Positions 52,991 through 61,862 of a stretch of DNA of 64,000 nucleotides are shown piece after piece. This stretch comes from an uncultured virus (IMG/VR IMGVR_UViG_3300032070_000004) (lineage: Duplodnaviria > Heunggongvirae > Uroviricota > Caudoviricetes). Below the pieces are notes generated by a model. It worked only from the letters and a program-made list of their open reading frames with translations, was not told the origin of the DNA and did no database searches. A program made the position numbers and the translations under genes. The stretch is taken from the IMG/VR virus record IMGVR_UViG_3300032070_000004. One strand, given 5' to 3'. The stretch's first letter is position 1. Each line of letters opens with the position of its first letter.

Positions 52991-53425
52991 ATGTTAGTTG
53001 TTCGTGTTACCAGACCCCTGATTTATCAGGCGGTCGCAAAGCAGATGGCGTGGCTGGCAAAGAACGAGAATCTTATCTCGGCGATTATCGATCGTCAAGA
53101 CCTGAGCGACATCGACGAAGACATTCTTGAACTGGCAGCCCCTGTTGTTGAACGATTCGGGGGGCAACTTACGCGCGCTGATGTTGAAGTAGGGAACTGC
53201 GGGTTCTTTGTCCTCGGGTTCGATACCGCGGAAACTGCTATCGAGGTCGCGCGGGCACTGAATGTTGCACTCTGCATGTGCGGTCTGAACGATGATGTCA
53301 GCGGGATAAAAATCCCATACTGCCCCAAGGTCTGCGTGTACGATATTCATGGGAGGATACCGCACGAACCCGACCCAAAGCAGAGGAGACGAATTGAGAA
53401 CATTGACAGAAGGGAGATTGTATGA
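52991..53425 (+). CDS. Hypothetical protein
   Basis: 144-aa ORF with RBS-like AGGAGGT. Confidence 0.5.
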   Translation: MLVVRVTRPLIYQAVAKQMAWLAKNENLISAIIDRQDLSDIDEDILELAAPVVERFGGQLTRADVEVGNCGFFVLGFDTAETAIEVARALNVALCMCGLNDDVSGIKIPYCPKVCVYDIHGRIPHEPDPKQRRRIENIDRREIV

Positions 53426-53582
53426 CAGAAAAAGTAGAGAAGAAACCCCGATGGCAGCGACGCAAGGAGGCAAAGAAGCTTCCCAAGGGTAGATGCACCG
53501 CATATATTCCACCCAAGGCAGCAAGAGAAATGCCCAAGGAGGAACCATGATGAAATTACTTATCGAAGGGGAAGAGAACGAA

Positions 53583-53628
53583 GTAGATACCTTTTTATAT
53601 CCGCGCGCGCACTTTAACTTATGAAGAA
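53583..53628 (+). repeat. 46-bp exact repeat (promoter plus start codon), copy 2
   Basis: Identical to 34300-34345. Confidence 0.9.
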
Positions 53629-54764
53629 AGTGATACCAATGCCAAACCCCGGATCAGACAAGGCATTGAAATTATCTTGTTGCTGCCCGGTGTTTGACAA
53701 CTGCCGCGGCAAGGGACTTGGTGGTGGTCTCTTCTGGATCAACCAGAGGTGCCCGGTCCATGGTGAGAAGCGAGTCGCGAGTAGCGAGACGCGAGTTGAG
53801 ACTCGCGATACGGGGAGTGGGGGATAACAACTATGCCCCCATCCACACCGGGTGGAACCGGGAAGGCATGGCGGAGGTCAATTTACGTCGGAATTCCAAC
53901 CGCGCGCAAACTGCCCCGCAATGAGGAGGAGGAGTAAATGGTAGCCATAGATTTAGCATGTCAGGAAAAACTGAAAGCGGCTGAGGAGGAAATCGAGCGG
54001 CTCAAGGCTGAGGTCGCGCGCCTCCAATCAATGGTCGCGTACCTGAAGTACCCCCATGCCGGGGATATTCCGTCAGATGCCCCGGGAAAGGGAGCTCCGT
54101 TCTACCAACCGCCCAGCTTTCATTAATCGAAAGACTTATATATCGAGCAAACCAACTCAGACTAAGCGAGGCAATTATGAAAGTAGATGCAAAACTCAAA
54201 CTGAAAATGATGAATAACACCCGCGAGAGATACCTGAAAAAGCAGTACGGTGGCACGGTGTGCGACTGCATGATGTATGAAGGAGATGGAACTCCGACGC
54301 TCGGATGGTATGGCAATGTCTCCGACGATTGACCCGGTGATGTTCGCAATCGATTCGGGAGCAAACGACGATGCGTTCAAAATCCTCTACGAGCGGCTCC
54401 GAAACTGTATCGCCGCGCAGCACAAGTGCGACGGGAACTACGGCTTCGGCAAGTGTAAAGAAGTCGGACGGTATTGCTTCGAGATAGAGTCTTGTGAGCA
54501 TTGGAGCCACACTCCGGGGTGAAAAAACATGGACTCGGTTGTTATCAGTATCCAGCCCTACATGGTGCGGGTATTCGGTTCGGTCGAGTACACTACATAC
54601 CATCTCGAAGACAAAGAATCGTTCGACTGTTTCATGAAACTGCTTAAGCGGGTTGACGGTTGCAACGATGACGACTACTGCCTGATACTCTTCGATGAAC
54701 TTCTTGAAAGGGAGAAGAGCATCCGGTACACGGTTACGGATGGGGCACCAATTGATAGAGAAGA

Positions 54765-55238
54765 GTGCCCCGTACTGATGGGGTAATCTCGCGAATCTCA
54801 ACTCCAACTCCAACTCCAACAAGCAGTTCAAACGCAGCGTGGAACTTTGTGTTATACGTTCAGAATCGATGGACGTATGAAACAGACGCACCGGGGGAGA
54901 GAGTCCAAGAGCCAAGTGTTTCTTATCAGAGGTTACGTGGCGACTGTGACGACTTTGCAACCATGATCGCATATTATATGCAAGAAGTCTATCAATATGA
55001 TACTTTCATAGTATCCGTTGATCAGGAGGGAACCGGTCATGCGGTGGCGTTTGTTGCAGCTACTCCGTCGGTGATTAAACAGTTAACAGATCAGTGTGGC
55101 GGGCTTCCAACGGTAACTCAAAATGGAAGAACATATATTCCACTCGATTGGGAAGTTTGCCCGGGGTGGCATTGGACAAACACGGGGAGTAATATTAAAA
55201 CACGCGAATGGTCAGATTTCGTAGGTAAAGTGATGTAA
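54765..55238 (+). CDS. Transglutaminase-like Cys protease domain, probably 5'-truncated
   Basis: PT linker, GDCDDFA, GHAV and PLD motifs. Confidence 0.65.
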   Translation: MPRTDGVISRISTPTPTPTSSSNAAWNFVLYVQNRWTYETDAPGERVQEPSVSYQRLRGDCDDFATMIAYYMQEVYQYDTFIVSVDQEGTGHAVAFVAATPSVIKQLTDQCGGLPTVTQNGRTYIPLDWEVCPGWHWTNTGSNIKTREWSDFVGKVM

Positions 55239-55766
55239 ATGAAAATTTTAGCGTCGATAGCAATTGTATCGCTTGCAATTGCATTATCATGTGGATGTGT
55301 AGAAACAGGTACGCGATCCACGAGTGTGGGTATTCCCATTGTTGGTAGTGTAAACATAGTGGAACATTCATATTTGTTTGGTGAGAACACATATGATGTT
55401 TCCCTATCTGTAATGGGCAGTTTCGTATCGAGAACAGGAATTTCGAAATCTGAGATGGATGCAATGTTGAGATTGTTTGGATCGTCTGCAACACAATCTC
55501 CCACCCCCACCCCAACGATATATAAGCCAAAGATGGTTGCAGTTACCGCAAAGCAGAGCGGATCTGATATAATCGTAACGTGGCAAGGTGGACTCGACCA
55601 AAACTCCGTAAGTTATATTGATATCAACGGAAAAAGTTTCAATAACCCGCGAGTAGGCGATTCATACACTGGATATAACCGTGGTACGTCTGGAAGAGAT
55701 CGCGTAATCGTTACTGCATTCTTCACAGATGGAAGCAGCGCGGTTGTTATAGATACTTATGTATGA
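55239..55766 (+). CDS. Lipoprotein-like protein with C-terminal archaeal pilin-like domain
   Basis: Signal peptide ending SCGC; VAVTAKQ.GSDIIVTWQGG.D and VIVTAFFTDG...VIDTYV. Confidence 0.6.
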   Translation: MKILASIAIVSLAIALSCGCVETGTRSTSVGIPIVGSVNIVEHSYLFGENTYDVSLSVMGSFVSRTGISKSEMDAMLRLFGSSATQSPTPTPTIYKPKMVAVTAKQSGSDIIVTWQGGLDQNSVSYIDINGKSFNNPRVGDSYTGYNRGTSGRDRVIVTAFFTDGSSAVVIDTYV

Positions 55767-55858
55767 GCGAGAGAGCCTCGATCATACATTTCCCCTCGAT
55801 GATGCTGCGCGGTCATGACACGCGGTTGAGAGGAAGTAAGACCTCATGAGGTAAATGT

Positions 55859-57250
55859 ATGAACTACGGAACAAAATTTGGAATAATCGCAATCGCGATT
55901 CTCGCGATTGCGATGATAGCGGTGCCAGCGATGGCATGTCCTCCGGGAGATGGGCATCAGTGTCCTCCGGGAGAGGTGTATCGCGACGCCACCTACGGGC
56001 AGTGCCAGAACTGTCCGTACGTCCCAACTGAGTATGGGCAGTGGATATCTGGGCAGTGCCCGGGTGGTCACGATTCCAGCACATGCGATCAGGACTATGT
56101 AGATCCGGTCTACGGATCGTGCAATTCGTGTCCTACACATGACTCAGGAACGTCGTGGAACCACAAGTATCACCGTGGCGATTGCATGGATTATGACTCC
56201 GTTTACGACTTTGGAACGTGCCCGAGAAGCGGATATGTCTCTTGCGACGGTTCGCACCATGAGAAGCAGGTGATCGCTCAGGGTTACTGGCAGCACCGGT
56301 CGGTGTCTGCGGGGCACTACGACTGCCACGATGAGGGATATGTCTCTTGCGATGGTTCGCACCACGAGAAGCAGATCCTAACACCCGCTGGGTGTTTTGC
56401 TGTTTCATGCCCTGCAATCCCATGCCCGGAGGGACAGGATTGCGTTGATGGTCAGTGCTTATCGCACACCTGCCCACGCATTCCGTGCGGCGAGGATCAG
56501 ACTTGCAATGGTGGTCAGTGCAATACCTGCCCAGACAACTCGCATGTCGTAGACAACGAGTGCGTATGCAACACCGGATTCCATGACGAGAACGGTGTCT
56601 GCGCAGCAGACACCGTTGGTGGATACCCCCCGACCAACCAGAACGGACTCATTGAGCGGGTCAATTCGGACCGGCTCTCCAATGCGGGTCTCGCTGCAAT
56701 GCTCTCGATGGGAACAAACCCCGAGATGCTCGGCGCCGGAACGGGAGTCAACATGGGATTCGAGGCAAGCGTTGACAACGGTGTGAGCGGTTCCCGGTAC
56801 GTCCGGCTCCATGACACATGCAACGTGCCCGCCCTGTACATCGCAGTCGAATCAATGACTCTGATGCACGACTACCAGATCTACTACTACTCCGCGGGTG
56901 ACGAGGGATATTTCATCAAGAATGGGCAGATTGAGCCCTACACGAACATCCCCGGACGAGGTAGAATAGCTGGGAACGGTCGGCTTGTCCTGACCGCGCG
57001 CAACCCGAACACGGCAATCCATGCCTATGCCATGATGAACACACTTGACGTGAACACCCACGTGGGTCTCGGGTTCAAGATGATGGTCTTCGATGACAAG
57101 GGCAAGATGCTGTGGCAGGGCGACAACAGAGGAAAGCGCGACATGAGCGTGATCTTCCTGCTCGACCCCTACGGCAAGTGCATTCCCGGATCGCAGGTCG
57201 AAAATGCCTATCTCGGCAGCGACGTGTGGTTCGGGCTGCCCAAGATTTAA
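55859..57250 (+). CDS. Secreted Cys-rich repeat protein
   Basis: Signal peptide ending PAMA; repeats CPPG, GYVSCDGSHHEKQ (x2) and CP.IPC.E.Q.C..GQC (x2). Confidence 0.8.
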   Translation: MNYGTKFGIIAIAILAIAMIAVPAMACPPGDGHQCPPGEVYRDATYGQCQNCPYVPTEYGQWISGQCPGGHDSSTCDQDYVDPVYGSCNSCPTHDSGTSWNHKYHRGDCMDYDSVYDFGTCPRSGYVSCDGSHHEKQVIAQGYWQHRSVSAGHYDCHDEGYVSCDGSHHEKQILTPAGCFAVSCPAIPCPEGQDCVDGQCLSHTCPRIPCGEDQTCNGGQCNTCPDNSHVVDNECVCNTGFHDENGVCAADTVGGYPPTNQNGLIERVNSDRLSNAGLAAMLSMGTNPEMLGAGTGVNMGFEASVDNGVSGSRYVRLHDTCNVPALYIAVESMTLMHDYQIYYYSAGDEGYFIKNGQIEPYTNIPGRGRIAGNGRLVLTARNPNTAIHAYAMMNTLDVNTHVGLGFKMMVFDDKGKMLWQGDNRGKRDMSVIFLLDPYGKCIPGSQVENAYLGSDVWFGLPKI

Positions 57251-57791
57251 TCCCAACCAATTTTTGTGATAACATGGTGAGAACATGACAAGGAAAATCG
57301 AGTTCTCAAGTATCAGGCGATACGAAGGGAAGGAGTTCGAGTTCACTACCGACGGAACGGAGACATTCGCTCAGTCTGTCGCCCTGATAATCCGCGGTCG
57401 CCGTGGACGCGCACGCATCGTAAAGTCGCGCGGGGGGAAACCTATATTCGCAGTGTTCGCCCACGATGCGGGTCGTCCGCGCGCACGCGACGCAATTGAA
57501 AAGTTCAAGGAACAACATGCCATTCCGGTAGCGGAGTAACTTTTATATACGGCGAGCACCGAATGACTGTGTGAACGCCGACAAGTTGATGGAATGGATC
57601 GACACCGAGATTATGAAGATCAAGCAGCATGTGGAATACGGAGTACACACCGAGAAAATGATCTATTACGGTTCCCTCGTGCAGATGGAGACCTTGAAAA
57701 ACCTTATCGAAAGTGGCGCATTTGATTAAGACCGCTTTTCGATAGCTTAATAACTTTGCACACCCAACCAACTGAGTGAAGTGGGGACAAG

Positions 57792-58283
57792 ATGAACGCA
57801 AACAAACAGTTAAGCAAGGATGCTTTAGAGGTCGTTGGCGAGCTCAAGCGGCTCCTCAAAGAAGCAGGGAACCGTGTCGAAGTGAGCGCTCTCACGCAGA
57901 GCGGGGGATATGTGTGGGGATGTGACTTCCAGTACATCGACGATGAAGGACACCCCATTGCCGAAGAAACGTTCTTCACGATGAAAGGAGCCACCCGCCG
58001 CGTGTCTGCATTTATTGTTCTCTTTGAGAACGGGCGCGCGATTGACGGGGAAATGCAGAATTTCTTCCTTCCCGAATCGTCAAAGACCCTCTCCGAGTTC
58101 ATTATCAGCGTTATAGGTGAGGAGCTCACACCCAGCCTCATCTCCCTGTGGCACGCTGACCTCGAAGAGAGCTCGGTATGTGACATTGGTGATGATGATG
58201 ATGATGAGGACGATGAAGACGACGACCGTGCGGAAGACCTCATAGACGAAGACAGACTCGTAGATGAAGACGACGAGGAATAA
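57792..58283 (+). CDS. Acidic hypothetical protein
   Basis: D/E-rich C-terminus. Confidence 0.6.
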   Translation: MNANKQLSKDALEVVGELKRLLKEAGNRVEVSALTQSGGYVWGCDFQYIDDEGHPIAEETFFTMKGATRRVSAFIVLFENGRAIDGEMQNFFLPESSKTLSEFIISVIGEELTPSLISLWHADLEESSVCDIGDDDDDEDDEDDDRAEDLIDEDRLVDEDDEE

Positions 58284-59523
58284 CGCGGGGCACCCTCGCC
58301 CCGCAGGCGGAGTCTCACATGGATGATCACGAAGAACTGGAGGTCGAAGAGGAGATAATACAGGCTCTCAATGGGATCGACCCAACCGGGGAGCTTGCGG
58401 AGAGATGGGGAAAGGGCGAGGCACTCGCGCAAATCCTCCACAATGCTGATGAATTTGTCGCTGGTATGTTCCACGCTGGGCATAGCGGTATGGAGATCGC
58501 TACGTTCGGTCTTCGGATCTTCATGCTTGGGCAACTCGTTCATACCAAGAACGTCATCAAGGCATTGAAGTACATCCCACCACAAGACGATCTCTGTGGG
58601 GATCTGCGGTCGTACCAGTAAGTGCGAGAGGCGAAGTATGAAAAACGAGAAACCAAAACTTGAAAAAATGCAAATCAAAGTTACGCGGATGCTGAACAAG
58701 AATGGCGACGAGATGTACTACATCGACTCGATCGAGGGAATCGCAACGCGCGAAGAACTCCCGAACGAGTACCTCGATGGAGACTGCGCGTATCTCTCGG
58801 AGTTCCCCGGGAAGCGCGTCGGTATCTACCTGTCACCGCGTGGCAAGAGTATTGTTGTAGGAACGAAGATGACACGCGTGGACTTCGAGAAGTCCCTGAT
58901 GTTCATCAATGCGTGCGGAACCCGCCTCACGGCAATCAACGCGAAGATCGAGGAGAAGCGCAAGAAGTGGATGGGCTCTGAGACGTACGAAATCTGAGGT
59001 AACTATGGTCGGAAAGAAAGAATGTGTGATAGCCACCGGCGCAGCCGCAGGATCAACTGCGTGGCTTCTCATCGCACAGGTAGTGTTGCTGGTTCTCTAC
59101 TATGGGTTCCATGTGATCCTTCCGTGGTGGGTACTGTTCCTGCCGCTGCTGTACTTTGTGTGGGGAGCTGTAACTGGATTCCTGTCGCATGTAGTGTGAG
59201 GCAATCATGGGTCGAATTGTGGATGCATTAGTAACCACAGTCCTCGGCATCGTCGGGATGATAATTGCATTCCTGATCGTGGTTGTCGTTATCATCGGAC
59301 CATTCATCGCAGTGGGAGCTGGTCTTGCCTTCGGGGTATGGATCGTGCTCAAGCTACTGGGGGTGTGGTAATGGCAACCACCATCCACCATCCAGTGCCC
59401 ATATTGTAGCGATGGTGGTACTCCTTGTTTAGTTATCGAAATCCCGGTTGGTGAATATAGATTCAAGGAACTTTACCAATGCAGGGTTTGTAAATCTATA
59501 TGGATAGAAAATGAGGATTATAC

Positions 59524-60117
59524 ATGAAGTATAAAACATTAGTCGCGGACCCACCGTATAGATACCGGAACAAGACCACGGGTGGCTCCATGAACTCTGG
59601 CAGCAAGGACAAGTATTCCACGATGTCCCTTGAGGACATCATAGACATGCCCGTTTGGGACATCGCAGACCCAAAGGGATCTATCCTGTTCCTGTGGGCA
59701 ACTACCCCGCTTCTTGACGACTGCATGATGGTGATGCATGAGTGGGGATTCCGGTACTTCACGTCTCTCTACTGGGACAAGCAGAAGTACGGGCTTGGGT
59801 ACTGGTGGCGCGGGACGATGGAACAGTGTCTCGTTGGGATGCGCGGTCATGTGAAAGCATACCGCTGCCAGAAGGTGAACTGCATCCGGGTCAAGGCGCG
59901 CGCGCACAGTCAGAAACCCGATGAATTCTGGTCTCTTATAGAGCCTTACTGCGAGAGCCCACGCATCGAACTCTTCTGCCGCGGGGAACCGCGCCCGGGG
60001 TGGGATGGATGGGGCAAAGAATGCACCAACCCAATCAAGATCGACACCCTAGCCCCGCAGAGCGAGTCACCTTTCTGCGTCTTCATGCAATGGCAGCATT
60101 TCATCCCTCCGAGTTGA
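59524..60117 (+). CDS. MT-A70 family N6-adenine methyltransferase
   Basis: ADPPY, Y.TMSL..I, LFLWAT, WGF.Y, GLGYW.RG..E, HSQKP, IELF.R and GWD.WG.E motifs. Confidence 0.92.
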   Translation: MKYKTLVADPPYRYRNKTTGGSMNSGSKDKYSTMSLEDIIDMPVWDIADPKGSILFLWATTPLLDDCMMVMHEWGFRYFTSLYWDKQKYGLGYWWRGTMEQCLVGMRGHVKAYRCQKVNCIRVKARAHSQKPDEFWSLIEPYCESPRIELFCRGEPRPGWDGWGKECTNPIKIDTLAPQSESPFCVFMQWQHFIPPS

Positions 60118-60146
60118 CGATGAGGGTTCGACTCCCTCCCGCCGCA
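60077..60146 (+). pseudogene. Degenerate tRNA-Gly(TCC)
   Basis: D arm, loop CCTCCGA, T arm and 3' acceptor strand present; 5' acceptor strand does not pair; overlaps the MT-A70 3' end. Confidence 0.6.
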
Positions 60147-60151
60147 CGTTT

Positions 60152-60223
60152 GGGATTGTGGGGTAGTGGTTAGCCTCCGTGCCTTGGGAGCACGGGTCGC
60201 ATGTTCGATCCATGCCAATCCCA
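60152..60223 (+). tRNA. tRNA-Pro(TGG)
   Basis: GGGATTG/CAATCCC+A; CGTGC-CTTGGGA-GCACG. Confidence 0.88.
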
Positions 60224-60226
60224 TGC

Positions 60227-60299
60227 ACTCCCGTGGGGTAGTGGTCAAGCCCGCTCGCCCTTGAAGCGAGCAACGACAGTTCGAATCTGTCCGGGAGTT
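60227..60299 (+). tRNA. tRNA-Gln(TTG), atypical C33
   Basis: ACTCCCG/CGGGAGT; CTCGC-CCTTGAA-GCGAG. Confidence 0.75.
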
Positions 60300-60549
60300 T
60301 CCCGCCTGCATTCGGCGGTATAGAAATGGAATGCCGAGTAAGTCCCTTCCGAAAAGGATGAGGATGCCTTTGGGTGGTGTGACGAAGTAGGAAGGGGTTC
60401 GAAAACTCCTTGCCTAACTGGGCTAAACCGCCTGTATCGGCGGTATAAACAAGTAGAACTGGTGCCGTGGATAGACAACCGGTTGAAGGATACGTCGTCC
60501 GCACGACATGAGCGGTGGGGTGCGCCAAACACCCCGCCCATAATAGTGA

Positions 60550-60623
60550 GTCCCCGTAGTTACAATTGGAAGAACGGCTGCTTTGCAAGCAGATGGCTGC
60601 GGATTCGAGTTCCGCCGGGGACA
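60550..60623 (+). tRNA. tRNA with TGC (Ala) anticodon, lacking G3:U70
   Basis: GTCCCCG/CGGGGAC+A; CTGC-TTTGCAA-GCAG. Confidence 0.75.
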
Positions 60624-60757
60624 TAACCGCTTTGATCGGCGGTATAGAAATAGATCACCAACTGTGGCGACGCCCGGTTCGGCATTGCAGAGTCAGGTGC
60701 GGCGATGCCACGCGCGGCGCAGTCTTGCAATGCCCGGCGCTGCGAGGCAAGGAAAGC

Positions 60758-60829
60758 GGACCCGTAGGAGAGCGGAAATCCTCCGGACTCTTAATCCGGC
60801 AATCGTGCGTTCGAATCGCACCGGGTCCG
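60758..60829 (+). tRNA. tRNA-Lys(CTT)
   Basis: GGACCCG/CGGGTCC+G; CCGGA-CTCTTAA-TCCGG. Confidence 0.9.
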
Positions 60830-60832
60830 CTC

Positions 60833-60905
60833 AGCTCCCTCGTCTAGCGGTCAAGGATGCGCGCCTCTGGAGCGCGCGGCGGAGGTTCGAATCCTCCGGG
60901 AGCTA
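60833..60905 (+). tRNA. tRNA-Gln(CTG)
   Basis: AGCTCCC/GGGAGCT+A; loop CTCTGGA. Confidence 0.9.
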
Positions 60906-60938
60906 TTACCGCGAAATCCCGCGCGGGATAAAAAGTAC

Positions 60939-61043
60939 GGTGTGTGGTAAGGTTAGGTGTGGTGTGGTGGGGTATGGTGTGGTGTGGTGTGGTGTGGTAA
61001 GGTATGGTTTGGTAGGGTGAGGTGTGGTTCGGTAAGGTAAGGC
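60939..61043 (+). repeat. Degenerate GGTNN pentamer tandem array
   Basis: About 20 units of the type GGTGT/GGTAA/GGTAT. Confidence 0.9.
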
Positions 61044-61185
61044 ATTCGCGAGGCGGTTCGCCCCGCCTCGCGAGTCTCCCGGGATATCCGGGGTTATGGT
61101 ACGGTGAGGTGTGACGCGGAGTCGATGAAGATTGAGGCATCATAATAAATCGAAACACTTTTATTCTCAAAGAGCATACGCAGAT

Positions 61186-61259
61186 GGGCATTTAGCTTAA
61201 CCGGCAGAGTCCGTGGCTCCAAACTATGGGGATGTACGTTCAATTTCGTACAATGCCCA
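61186..61259 (+). tRNA. tRNA-Trp(CCA)
   Basis: GGGCATT/AATGCCC+A; loop CTCCAAA; class A promoter at 61146. Confidence 0.75.
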
Positions 61260-61360
61260 TGCAGTGGTAGTGGTGTAATGGACGCGCGCTTTGTCATAAT
61301 TGCCATGTACATGTCCACTGGTGTATGAAAACATTAAATATGACATGGGAAGATATTATT

Positions 61361-61435
61361 GGGCGCGTGGCGTAGTCAGGACAGCGCGCTTGCTTGCGGA
61401 GCAAGAAGCCGGGGGTTCAAATCCCCTCGCGCCCG
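61361..61435 (+). tRNA. tRNA-Arg(GCG)
   Basis: GGGCGCG/CGCGCCC+G; CTTGC-TTGCGGA-GCAAG. Confidence 0.9.
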
Positions 61436-61437
61436 TA

Positions 61438-61510
61438 GATCCCGTAGTCTAGCGGACAATGATGGTGGATTCTCGATCCACCAGCGTGGGTTCAAATCCC
61501 ACCGGGATCG
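61438..61510 (+). tRNA. tRNA-Glu(CTC)
   Basis: GATCCCG/CGGGATC+G; GTGGA-TTCTCGA-TCCAC. Confidence 0.88.
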
Positions 61511-61513
61511 TGT

Positions 61514-61588
61514 GCGCGTGTAGTGCAGCACGGATAGCATACTTGACTTCGGATCAAGTGGTCGGGGGTTCGAATCCTCCCACGCGCG
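61514..61588 (+). tRNA. tRNA-Arg(TCG)
   Basis: GCGCGTG/CACGCGC+G; CTTGA-CTTCGGA-TCAAG. Confidence 0.9.
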
Positions 61589-61591
61589 TTG

Positions 61592-61664
61592 GCTCCTGTC
61601 GTCTAGCGGACAAGGATGGTGGACTTTCAATCCATCGGCAAGGGTTCAAATCCCTTCGGGAGCA
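61592..61664 (+). tRNA. tRNA-Glu(TTC)
   Basis: GCTCCTG/CGGGAGC+A; loop CTTTCAA. Confidence 0.9.
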
Positions 61665-61667
61665 TTA

Positions 61668-61750
61668 ACGCAACTTAACACAACATTACCACACAAGAAT
61701 CTACGACGGAGAAATCTCTTGTTCTGTGGTAATGTTGTGTTAAGTTGCGT
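61668..61750. repeat. Perfect 26-bp inverted repeat
   Basis: ACGCAACTTAACACAACATTACCACA (61668-61693) and its reverse complement (61725-61750). Confidence 0.9.
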
Positions 61751-61862
61751 CAAATCCCAATGTAAATTCCCAACGCGGGGCAATTTGCGCGCGCTCGCTC
61801 ATGGTGTGTTAATGTGTTCATAATTGAAAAATATTATATATTCACAAACCAAATCACATTGT

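Noticed and set aside
60939..61043. CRISPR array
   Set aside because: 5-nt microsatellite with no repeat-spacer structure; no CRISPR array or cas gene was seen in the window.
61261..61325. tRNA-like start (GTAGTGGTGTAATGG)
   Set aside because: No T arm or coherent cloverleaf; at most a remnant.
60067..61668. ORFs across the tRNA array
   Set aside because: They overlap tRNAs and repeats and have low-complexity translations.
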